This document shows positions 9,261 through 15,564 of a DNA stretch of 64,000 bases, in pieces. Origin of the DNA: an uncultured virus (IMG/VR IMGVR_UViG_3300020201_000458) (lineage: Duplodnaviria > Heunggongvirae > Uroviricota > Caudoviricetes); the IMG/VR virus record IMGVR_UViG_3300020201_000458, positions 1-64,000 of that record, one strand, 5' to 3'. The first letter of the stretch is position 1. Every line of letters starts with the position of its first letter. A program made the translations under genes and the position numbers. A model generated the notes under the pieces. The model did not search any database. It saw nothing but the letters and a program-made list of their open reading frames with translations, and had not been told where the DNA came from.

Positions 9261-9332
9261 TGGGGGATCGTCTAACGGTGAAGACCGCGGCCTTTGACTC
9301 CGTGTATGTGGGTTCGACTCCTACTCCCCCAG
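9261..9332 (+). tRNA. tRNA-Gln(TTG)
   Basis: Cloverleaf, loop CT-TTG-AC. Confidence 0.9.
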
Positions 9333-9352
9333 CTTGATAAGGAAGTGATACC

Positions 9353-9835
9353 ATGTTAGAGAAGACTTGGAAGACGATGGAAGGTGCTCCGATCGTTGAT
9401 CTGGTCGGTACTCTACGCCATATACTAGCCGAGGGTGACCGTGAGGTCCACATCGGTTCCGACTCGCAGCAAGCCGGGAAGTTCACGGAGCTGGTGACGG
9501 TGATCGTCGTGTTGCACAAGGGGAAGGGTGGACGGGCTTTTTACATCCGGGAGAAGTTGACTCGGATCAAGTCGTTGAGGGAGCGACTGATGAGAGAGGT
9601 TTGGATGAGTGTCAACGTCGGACTTGAGCTCAACTCTCATGTCCCTGAGACAGTCGGGTTGACTGTACACATCGACGCGAACCCAAACCTGAAGTTCAAG
9701 TCGTCCAGCCACGTGAAGGAGCTGACCGCGATGGTCGCCAGCCAGGGATTCAGGACGTTGCTGAAACCTGACAGTTGGTGCGCGTCCCACGCGGCCGACC
9801 ACGTGGTGAAGCACAAGATCATAGGAGCAATGTAA
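9353..9835 (+). CDS. RNase H-like YkuK family protein
   Basis: HIGSDSQ, VHIDANP, KPDSWCASHAAD motifs. Confidence 0.85.
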   Translation: MLEKTWKTMEGAPIVDLVGTLRHILAEGDREVHIGSDSQQAGKFTELVTVIVVLHKGKGGRAFYIREKLTRIKSLRERLMREVWMSVNVGLELNSHVPETVGLTVHIDANPNLKFKSSSHVKELTAMVASQGFRTLLKPDSWCASHAADHVVKHKIIGAM

Positions 9836-9840
9836 GAGAA

Positions 9841-10202
9841 ATGTTGAAAGACTCTAGCGTAGAAAATAGAAGACGTTATGCTAGAGAATACAGAAACAAA
9901 AACATTGAAAAAGCCCGTAGTTCTCTTCTTGAACAGAAAATAAAATACGAAATGAAATCCGTAAGTTCAAAGAAGAAAAAGGTTGTCAGGATTGTAGAAT
10001 AAAATACAGGTATCGGGTTCTCGATTTTGATCATCGATCAGGAGAAGTAAAAGATAAAGGAATTTCAAGATTAATGATTTCTCTTGACAGAGAAAAAATT
10101 TTTACAGAGATAGCAAAATGTGACGTGGTTTGTTCTAATTGTCATCGAGAACGTACGCAGAGAAGAATTCTGGAAGAGTCCGCTGATTTGGTCGGCAAGT
10201 AG
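9841..10202 (+). pseudogene. Frameshifted HNH endonuclease
   Basis: Second frame GCQDC...LDFDHR...IAKCDVVCSNCHRERT; AT-rich; shift about 9935-9980. Confidence 0.75.
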
Positions 10203-10256
10203 TTTTGAAAGCTACTGGGGTGAGAAATCACAGGGGTTCGAATCCTCACTCTTCCG
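10172..10256 (+). tRNA. tRNA-Ser(TGA)
   Basis: Cloverleaf with long variable arm. Confidence 0.8.
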
Positions 10257-10268
10257 CTGTAGTGACAT

Positions 10269-10352
10269 GGATTGTGAGGCGTGATGGTCGCGCAGCCGCT
10301 TGGAAAGCGGTTTGGTCCTTCGGGGCTAAAGGTTCGATTCCTTCACTCTCCG
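10269..10352 (+). tRNA. tRNA-Ser(GGA)
   Basis: Loop TT-GGA-AA, long variable arm. Confidence 0.8.
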
Positions 10353-10353
10353 C

Positions 10354-10435
10354 AGATGGTTTCGCTGATGGCAGCAAACCGGTTTCGAACGCCGGGACAT
10401 TGGAAACGATGGGGGTTCGATTCCTCAACCATCTG
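10354..10435 (+). tRNA. tRNA-Ser(CGA)
   Basis: AGATGGT/ACCATCT acceptor, loop TT-CGA-AC, reduced D arm. Confidence 0.7.
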
Positions 10436-10470
10436 TAGAAAAGTAGTCGACGAGCATACATAGAATTCAC

Positions 10471-10539
10471 GGGCTGGGCACTGGGGTGCAGGGATGCTTT
10501 GCAAGCAACCCGCGATGAGTTCGATTCTCATTCGGTCCA
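10471..10539 (+). tRNA. tRNA-Ala(TGC), short D arm
   Basis: G3-U70 pair; loop TT-TGC-AA. Confidence 0.7.
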
Positions 10540-10594
10540 CAGTATCTTTGACAATTGAATAGCTGACGGGGGAATCATCAATTCCCCTTTGTAT

Positions 10595-10670
10595 GGCGGC
10601 CAGGGTGTAACTGGTAAGCACATGGGGCTGTGAACCCCAGGGAACGAGTTCGATTCTCGTTGGCCGCCCA
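10595..10670 (+). tRNA. tRNA-His(GTG)
   Basis: G-1, loop CT-GTG-AA, 3' end CCCA. Confidence 0.9.
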
Positions 10671-10687
10671 GAAGTCTGTACGACTTC

Positions 10688-10778
10688 ATAGAGAGCGCGG
10701 AGACATGGGTTCAAATCCCATACTCACCTTCGTAAGATGGTGGGTTCGTCTAGAGGTCCAGGATACCGTGCGTTTTAT
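10688..10778 (+). ncRNA. Circularly permuted tRNA-like RNA 1 (YrlA-like)
   Basis: Order T arm, acceptor closed by TC-GTAA-GA loop, D arm; ends form a 13-bp stem in place of the anticodon arm. Confidence 0.75.
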
Positions 10779-10781
10779 TCA

Positions 10782-10920
10782 GCCGGAGTCACGGGTTCGA
10801 TTCCCGTAATGAGAAAGTACGTTGGCCGAGACCCATCACACGACATGTCGCGACATGAAACGATGATGATACGCCCGCCGAGATCGAGTATCATGTAGAG
10901 GTAGTGGCAACCTCACCGGC
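10782..10920 (+). ncRNA. Circularly permuted tRNA-like RNA 2 with large insert in acceptor loop
   Basis: GCCGG-AGTC-ACGGG TTCGATT CCCGT-AATGA...TCATG-TA-GAGG TAGTGGCAA CCTC-A-CCGGC. Confidence 0.7.
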
Positions 10921-10930
10921 ATTTTTGTTT

Positions 10931-11004
10931 GGGTTTATAGCTCAATTGCGTAGAGCCACGGCCTTTTAAGCCGCCCGATCTCGGTTCGAGTCCGAGTGGA
11001 CCCA
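10931..11004 (+). tRNA. tRNA-Lys(TTT)
   Basis: Cloverleaf, CT-TTT-AA. Confidence 0.9.
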
Positions 11005-11017
11005 CTGTAGTATCCAT

Positions 11018-11101
11018 GGATGGGATGGTCGAGTGGACGGCCAGCCGCCTGTAAAGCGGCCGCCCTGCGGGGCATGGTGGGTTCGAACCCCACCCCATCC
11101 A
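11018..11101 (+). tRNA. tRNA-Tyr(GTA)
   Basis: CT-GTA-AA, long variable arm. Confidence 0.9.
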
Positions 11102-11111
11102 CTTGTACTAT

Positions 11112-11184
11112 CCACGTATAGCCCAACGGTAGAGGCACGGCACTTAAAACGCTTTCAGTGTGGGTTCGAGTCCCACTACGTGGA
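11112..11184 (+). tRNA. tRNA-Leu(TAA), short variable arm, weak anticodon stem
   Basis: Leu-type D arm GCCCAACGGTAGAGGC; CT-TAA-AA. Confidence 0.7.
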
Positions 11185-11189
11185 CACAT

Positions 11190-11263
11190 ACCGCGGTAGC
11201 CCAATGGTAGGAGGCACCAGCTTTAAACACTGTTCAGTGAGGGTTCGAGTCCCTCTCGCGGTA
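11190..11263 (+). tRNA. tRNA-Leu(TAA), short variable arm
   Basis: Loop TT-TAA-AC. Confidence 0.75.
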
Positions 11264-11276
11264 CAGAAAATTTCAT

Positions 11277-11347
11277 ACGCCCTTCGTCTAGTGGTAGGGC
11301 CCACGGCCGATTACCGTGAGATTGGGGTTCGATTCCCCCAGGGCGTA
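11277..11347 (+). tRNA. tRNA-Ile(GAT) with C33
   Basis: CACGG CC-GAT-TA CCGTG. Confidence 0.75.
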
Positions 11348-11348
11348 C

Positions 11349-11494
11349 TGGGGAGTGAAGGCTGAGAGTGTTCGATGCGACCTTCGGGACAAAGCGACCT
11401 ATTCGCCTTCCTCCTCAACCAGCGAAGCTGGGCGGTGACTATGCTTCCAGGACATGAGGGCCTGGCGCATCCTGGTGAAGACCTAGGTCACCTG
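11349..11494 (+). ncRNA. Candidate three-hairpin structured RNA
   Basis: TGGGGAG-GAAGGC/GCCTTC-CTCCTCA with cUUCGg; CCAG-CGAAG-CTGG; GGTGAC/GTCACC with CCAGGA/TCCTGG. Confidence 0.45.
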
Positions 11495-11498
11495 TTTT

Positions 11499-11569
11499 AC
11501 GGATTTCGTCCAATGGTAGGACGGCAGCCTCCAAAACTGCCTATGAAGGTTCGATTCCTTCAGTCCGTG
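11499..11569 (+). tRNA. tRNA-Trp(CCA)
   Basis: CT-CCA-AA. Confidence 0.88.
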
Positions 11570-11626
11570 CTCTTGCAAGACTCACGTGAGCTCTGGGCCG
11601 GTGTATGCCGGGAATCTCACAACCAT

Positions 11627-11698
11627 GGTCTTTTAGCTCAGCGGAAGAGCAGCCCTCTTACACGGGGAAGGTCGGGGGTTCAATCCCCTCAAGGACTA
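11627..11698 (+). tRNA. tRNA-Val(TAC)
   Basis: CT-TAC-AC. Confidence 0.88.
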
Positions 11699-11715
11699 CT
11701 GTAGCAGAAGCAAAA

Positions 11716-11788
11716 CGGGAAATGTTGAAGTCTGGTATCATCCGCGCGTCGGAAGCGCGTGTCCCCGGTTCAAATCCGGGTTTCCCGA
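11716..11788 (+). tRNA. tRNA-Pro(CGG)
   Basis: CGCGC GT-CGG-AA GCGCG. Confidence 0.85.
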
Positions 11789-11793
11789 CTTAT

Positions 11794-11865
11794 CTAGATG
11801 TAGCTCAGAGGCAGAGTACTCGGCTTGGAACCGAGGGGCCGGGATTTCGAAATTCCCCATCTAGA
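11794..11865 (+). tRNA. tRNA-Pro(TGG)
   Basis: CTCGG CT-TGG-AA CCGAG. Confidence 0.85.
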
Positions 11866-11980
11866 CTTTAAGCATGCTCATGACATGCTAAAACGGGTAG
11901 CGACCCCTCGTTAGTTGATCGCTTCTGGCCAGATGATTGTCTGGACACGTGGTCCACTCGTGAAATTATGGGGATGTCTT

Positions 11981-12051
11981 GCGGCCATGGTATAGTGGTA
12001 ACACACGAACTTGCCAAGTTCGAGCGATGGGTTCGATTCCCATTGGCCGCT
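11981..12051 (+). tRNA. tRNA-Gly(GCC)
   Basis: Canonical cloverleaf. Confidence 0.92.
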
Positions 12052-12052
12052 C

Positions 12053-12129
12053 TGCGGGAGGGAGGTATAGATCTGAGTCAGTCTCATAAGCTGAAACGCA
12101 AGAGGTGCAAGTCCTCATTACCGCATCCA
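12053..12129 (+). tRNA. tRNA-Met(CAT), atypical D arm and T loop TGCAAGT, encoded CCA
   Basis: TCAGT CT-CAT-AA GCTGA. Confidence 0.7.
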
Positions 12130-12131
12130 TA

Positions 12132-12232
12132 GAAGAGCAAACCATATGTCTCGGTGTGATGACTGAGACTCCCGGCGAACTCTTCGAAGCGCCGTAGTAC
12201 AACTCAGGACATCACTCCCAGGGTTGCGGCGC
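12132..12232 (+). ncRNA. Candidate kissing-loop RNA (two hairpins with complementary loops)
   Basis: Loop GTGATG (12156-12161) is exactly complementary to loop CATCAC (12210-12215). Confidence 0.55.
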
Positions 12233-12236
12233 GACT

Positions 12237-12309
12237 GCTCTTATAGTGAAACTGGATATCATGTGCCCCTCCGAAGGGTGCGATGCAAGTTCGAATCTTG
12301 CTAAGAGCG
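12237..12309 (+). tRNA. tRNA-Arg(CCG)
   Basis: CT-CCG-AA, D loop GGATA. Confidence 0.88.
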
Positions 12310-12401
12310 CTGAGGGAACGGAATGGAGAACCCGCGTTGCACCGATGTGTGCATTCCCGTAGCTTCTTTTACTACGTCAACCCTCTTTTTGTTTTGTATA
12401 A

Positions 12402-12474
12402 GCTCTTGAAGTTCAATTGGAAGAACACCCGGCTTCGAACCGGGAGAATGAGGGTTCGAGTCCCTCCGAGAGTA
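12402..12474 (+). tRNA. tRNA-Arg(TCG)
   Basis: CCCGG CT-TCG-AA CCGGG. Confidence 0.88.
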
Positions 12475-12488
12475 CTGTAATTTTGTTT

Positions 12489-12563
12489 GTCCTTGTAGCT
12501 CAGTTGGATTAGAGCATTGCCCTGCGAAGGCAAAGGTCGTGAGTTCGAGTCTCACCATGGACA
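12489..12563 (+). tRNA. tRNA-Arg(GCG)
   Basis: TTGCC CT-GCG-AA GGCAA. Confidence 0.9.
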
Positions 12564-12564
12564 T

Positions 12565-12641
12565 TGCGGGAGGCAGGTATAGATCTGAACTAGTCTCATA
12601 AGCTAGAATGCAAGAGGTGCAAGTCCTCATTACCGCAACCA
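12565..12641 (+). tRNA. tRNA-Met(CAT), paralogue of 12053-12129, encoded CCA
   Basis: CTAGT CT-CAT-AA GCTAG; compensatory stem changes relative to the first copy. Confidence 0.7.
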
Positions 12642-12662
12642 ATATGATGCATATTTACTTGT

Positions 12663-13202
12663 ATGAACTGTGAAGCGTGCAACAGTTATTTGACAGCAAA
12701 ATACGGTAGTGGAAGATTCTGCTGCGAAAAGTGTGCACGATGTTTTGCTACTTTGGCAAAACGAAATGAGATAAATGAAAAGGTTTCTCTCACTCTTACT
12801 GGCAGGGGTAAAATAAATCTTTGTAGGATATGCAACGCAAAGATTTTACTTAACGAAAAAGGAACGAGACGTCATTGCGGAAAATGCGCGCCCCTGCACG
12901 GATCTAAAATCAGTTTTGAAGATTTGCTAAAAGACAGTTCTCGAAGAAAACGATTAGTAGTTGAGAACGGCCATTTTTGCTGGTCGTGTAAACTCACGCT
13001 GTGGCAAGATCAACAAATTCCGCTAACCATCGATCATATCGATGGAAACTCTGACAACAACAACAACAAACGAGAGAATCTTAGAATTCTATGTTGGAAT
13101 TGTCACGCTTTGACTCCTTCTTTTGGTGGAAGAAATGCAAAGAAATTTCCTAATGCAAAAAGAAGAGCTTTGTACAAAAGACTTTATCTAAATTCAAAAT
13201 AA
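12663..13202 (+). CDS. HNH homing endonuclease
   Basis: CWSC...LTIDHIDGNSDNN...ENLRILCWNCH; AT-rich. Confidence 0.9.
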   Translation: MNCEACNSYLTAKYGSGRFCCEKCARCFATLAKRNEINEKVSLTLTGRGKINLCRICNAKILLNEKGTRRHCGKCAPLHGSKISFEDLLKDSSRRKRLVVENGHFCWSCKLTLWQDQQIPLTIDHIDGNSDNNNNKRENLRILCWNCHALTPSFGGRNAKKFPNAKRRALYKRLYLNSK

Positions 13203-13205
13203 TAC

Positions 13206-13278
13206 GCCGATGTACCCCAACGGTAGAGGGAGCTGGTCGAGAACCCGTACAGTGGAGGTTCGAGTCCTCTCATCGGCA
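13206..13278 (+). tRNA. tRNA-Leu(GAG), short variable arm, C33
   Basis: TC-GAG-AA. Confidence 0.75.
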
Positions 13279-13286
13279 CTGATTAT

Positions 13287-13361
13287 AGACGCGTAGCCTA
13301 ATTGGGTAGCGGCCTTCGTCTTAGGACAGAAATTTTGTGGGTTCGAATCCCAACGTGTCTA
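13287..13361 (+). tRNA. tRNA-Leu(TAG), short variable arm
   Basis: CT-TAG-GA. Confidence 0.7.
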
Positions 13362-13421
13362 TTAAAACATGAAACGTGGACCATATGGTCAGGAGCGCGT
13401 CTTAAAAATAAACAAAGGAAT

Positions 13422-13495
13422 GCTCACGTATCCCAATTGGTAGAGGACATCGATTTAGACTCGATGTGTTAGCGGTTCGACCCCGCTCGTGAGTA
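13422..13495 (+). tRNA. tRNA-Leu(TAG), short variable arm
   Basis: ATCGA TT-TAG-AC TCGAT. Confidence 0.8.
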
Positions 13496-13504
13496 CTAGC
13501 ACAT

Positions 13505-13576
13505 AGGCACATACCTCAACGGTTAGAGGAGGCACCTTATAAGTGCCCCACGATGGTTCGACTCCATCTGTGCCTA
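13505..13576 (+). tRNA. tRNA-Ile(TAT)
   Basis: GGCAC CT-TAT-AA GTGCC, perfect cloverleaf. Confidence 0.88.
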
Positions 13577-13587
13577 CAGATTTTCAT

Positions 13588-13659
13588 GAGTTGCAAGCTT
13601 TAATGGTGAAGCACTCGCCTCTTAAGCGAGAGAACGGGGATCGTTACCCCGGCGATTCA
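13588..13659 (+). tRNA. tRNA-Lys(CTT)
   Basis: CT-CTT-AA; T loop ATCGTTA. Confidence 0.8.
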
Positions 13660-13663
13660 TAAT

Positions 13664-13736
13664 GCCTCGTAGATCAGCTGGTGCTGATACTCCCCTGTCA
13701 CGGGAACCGCGATGGGTTCAATTCCCATACGGGGCG
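13664..13736 (+). tRNA. tRNA-Asp(GTC)
   Basis: CT-GTC-AC. Confidence 0.82.
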
Positions 13737-13741
13737 CTGTT

Positions 13742-13816
13742 GTATCTCAAGCTAACCTGGTGAAAGCGACAGGCTGTTAACCTGTGTCAAGCAGGGTTCG
13801 ATCCCCTGGAGATACG
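13742..13816 (+). tRNA. tRNA-Asn(GTT)
   Basis: ACAGG CT-GTT-AA CCTGT. Confidence 0.85.
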
Positions 13817-13819
13817 CAT

Positions 13820-13891
13820 GGCCCCATCGTCTACTGGCTAGGACGTCTGCCTTTCAAGCAGATAAAGACGGATCGAAACCGTCTGGTGTCA
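13820..13891 (+). tRNA. tRNA-Glu(TTC)
   Basis: CT-TTC-AA; T loop ATCGAAA. Confidence 0.85.
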
Positions 13892-13944
13892 CTGGGAGTT
13901 TATCATAGCTTGTCGTTCTCCCCCATCAAAAACGACGAGCACAT

Positions 13945-14017
13945 GCCTCTTAAGCTAATCTGGTGAAAGCGCCTGTCTGAAGAGCAGGAGAGCTCGGATC
14001 GAAACCGAGAGGGGGCA
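13945..14017 (+). tRNA. tRNA-Phe(GAA)
   Basis: CT-GAA-GA; T loop ATCGAAA. Confidence 0.85.
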
Positions 14018-14022
14018 CATTA

Positions 14023-14094
14023 GATGTGAGGCTCGAAAGAGCGGAGCGTATGCCGGCGGCGGGAAGATCTACACAAACATCACATCACCGCTGC
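14023..14094 (+). ncRNA. Candidate pseudoknotted small RNA
   Basis: GATGTGA/TCACATC, GCTC-GAAA-GAGC, crossing GCGGCGG/CCGCTGC. Confidence 0.4.
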
Positions 14095-14099
14095 ATCAT

Positions 14100-14172
14100 G
14101 GCCTCATCGTCTACAGGGCTAGGACACCTGGTTCTCAACTGGGAAAACGGAGTTCGATCCTCCGTGAGGCTA
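14100..14172 (+). tRNA. tRNA-Glu(CTC)
   Basis: TT-CTC-AA. Confidence 0.87.
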
Positions 14173-14177
14173 CAATC

Positions 14178-14249
14178 GGGTTCGTATTTCAAACGGGAGA
14201 ATTTTGGGATGGCATTCCAACGATAAGGGTTCGATTCCCTTCGAATCCA
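14178..14249 (+). tRNA. tRNA-Ala(GGC)
   Basis: G3-U70; AT-GGC-AT. Confidence 0.82.
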
Positions 14250-14269
14250 CAGTGTGATAGGATAGCAAA

Positions 14270-14710
14270 ATGAGAATCCTCGTACTTGATGACGATGACG
14301 AGCGACACGCCTACTTCCGACGCCAGTTGATCGGAAACGACGTGGTCCACGTCCACACCTACTCAGAGTGTCTCGACGCACTCCTTGGGCAGGAAATTTT
14401 TGAGGTGGTATTCCTGGACCATGACCTCAACGGCAACGGATACCAATCCTTGGTGTCGGAGCGACCCGGACACCAGGAACGGGCGATGACGCGGTACAGT
14501 CGGAAAGGCGAGCTCGACGGAAGGGACGTCGCCGAAGACATGGTTAAACTTCTCCCAGAAGAGAAGAGACCGTACCAGACGATCGTCCACAGTTGGAATC
14601 CGGACGGCGCAAAAGAGATGATTGCCATCCTCAAGGATGGGGGTTTCAAGAATATTCTACGGTGGGAATTCAACCCCAATGTAGATTTGAAGTTCAACTC
14701 AAGGGGCTGA
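14270..14710 (+). CDS. Cyclic-phosphate-processing receiver-domain protein
   Basis: LVLDDD.ER...FLDHDL...G.DVA...IVHSWNP.GA motifs. Confidence 0.75.
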   Translation: MRILVLDDDDERHAYFRRQLIGNDVVHVHTYSECLDALLGQEIFEVVFLDHDLNGNGYQSLVSERPGHQERAMTRYSRKGELDGRDVAEDMVKLLPEEKRPYQTIVHSWNPDGAKEMIAILKDGGFKNILRWEFNPNVDLKFNSRG

Positions 14711-15073
14711 CCTGGTCTCGACGGGGGAACAGAAGAAGTAGATGCGAGCCGTGGTTGGTCTGCATACCACGTAAAAAGTAGACCAAAACAACAACAGCCA
14801 AGTCCAACGACATGGTTCCCGCCTGGATGATCGCCGCGCAAGCTGCGAGCGCCCCGGCCTTCGCCTAAACAGCGAAAAGGGATGTCTTCCGGCAAGGATG
14901 CCCGAGTAACCGGAAGGCACAACACTAGGGCAAAAACTTTCAAAGGCGGGCCGTCACCCGGAGAGAGTTTGCAAAGAGACGGAGTTTGACCCACGTCCAG
15001 GGGTAATGGACTATGCTCGTAGTATCTGCATCGGAAGATCTTTCGGACGTGGGTTCGATTCCCACCAGCTCCA
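14703..15073 (+). ncRNA. ssrA: tmRNA; predicted tag (A)AKSNDMVPAWMIAAQAASAPAFA at 14797-14868
   Basis: GGGGCTGA...TCTCGAC 5' end, PK1-like element, 3' GGACGTGGGTTCGATTCCCACCAGCTCCA with G3-U. Confidence 0.92.
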
Positions 15074-15107
15074 AGAATCAAAAGTGCCATGACGACATAG
15101 TTACATC

Positions 15108-15491
15108 GTGGCACGAGCAAGTAGAAGACGATTTCATTACGTCTACAAAACGATTCGATTGATTGACGGATCGTTTTACACAGGGATGCACAGCACCGAT
15201 AACTTGGACGATGGCTACCTGTGATCAGGGACACGAATCACTCGGTCGATTCGAAAGCACGGAACCCATCAACATCGAAGAGAAATTCTTTACGAACTAC
15301 CAGACAGAGTTAGTCTCTGCAAAAAAGAAAAAGAAGTTGTTGCCAGCTTCCGTGGAGATCCTCTCTGCATGAATTTGAATGAGGGCGGAGATGGTGGGTG
15401 GGATTTCGTCAATGAAAATGGTTTGAACGCGACTCGACCCAATCATCCCGAAACCTGTAAAATAAGCTCCCGTATACCCTTCGCCTTCTAA
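15108..15491 (+). pseudogene. Seg-like GIY-YIG endonuclease with in-frame TGA at 15222
   Basis: HYVYKTIRLIDGSFYTGMHSTDNLDDGYL*SG...CMNLNEGGDGG; conserved Gly replaced by TGA. Confidence 0.8.
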
Positions 15492-15542
15492 GCGAGTGAA
15501 AGGTTAATCGGATACATGCGGGTTCGAATCCCTCCGGGAGCA
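15466..15542 (+). tRNA. Atypical tRNA-Arg(TCT) with no D arm at the normal position
   Basis: GCTCCCG/CGGGAGC acceptor, 7-nt linker, TTCGC CT-TCT-AA GCGAG, 21-nt segment containing AATCGGATA, normal T loop. Confidence 0.65.
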
Positions 15543-15553
15543 TTTCGTTGTAC

Positions 15554-15559
15554 TATTTA
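15554..15559 (+). promoter_or_regulatory. Putative late-promoter box TA(T/C)TTA (representative copy)
   Basis: Recurs just upstream of starts at 7441, 12652, 17419, 38080, 45034, 55871, 59072. Confidence 0.55.
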
Positions 15560-15564
15560 CTGAC

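Noticed and set aside
10471..10539. tRNA-Cys reading (GCA)
   Set aside because: The loop register gives TGC, and the G3-U70 pair marks Ala.
10739..10814. Ordinary linear tRNA made of D arm 10748-10764 and T arm 10791-10807
   Set aside because: The acceptor strands GGTGGGT and AATGAGA do not pair; each half pairs well only in the permuted arrangement.
11190..11263. Ochre suppressor tRNA (anticodon TTA)
   Set aside because: Counting from the D and T arms places TAA (Leu) at positions 34-36; the TTA register gives no anticodon stem.
11929..11965. Hammerhead ribozyme (CAGATGA...GAAA)
   Set aside because: The core is not CUGANGA and stem II is not flush with the conserved residues.
15222..15224. 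TGA reassigned to Gly or Trp (alternative genetic code)
   Set aside because: Many intact genes end in TGA with ATGA coupling and no TCA-anticodon tRNA was seen; a nonsense mutation is simpler.
14359..15234. 291-aa minus-strand ORF and the ORFs overlapping the tRNA array
   Set aside because: They are antisense to or overlap tmRNA and tRNAs and show no protein motifs; the whole window codes on +.
15163..15372. 69-aa ORF in the ORF track
   Set aside because: Off-frame shadow of the GIY-YIG pseudogene at 15108-15491.
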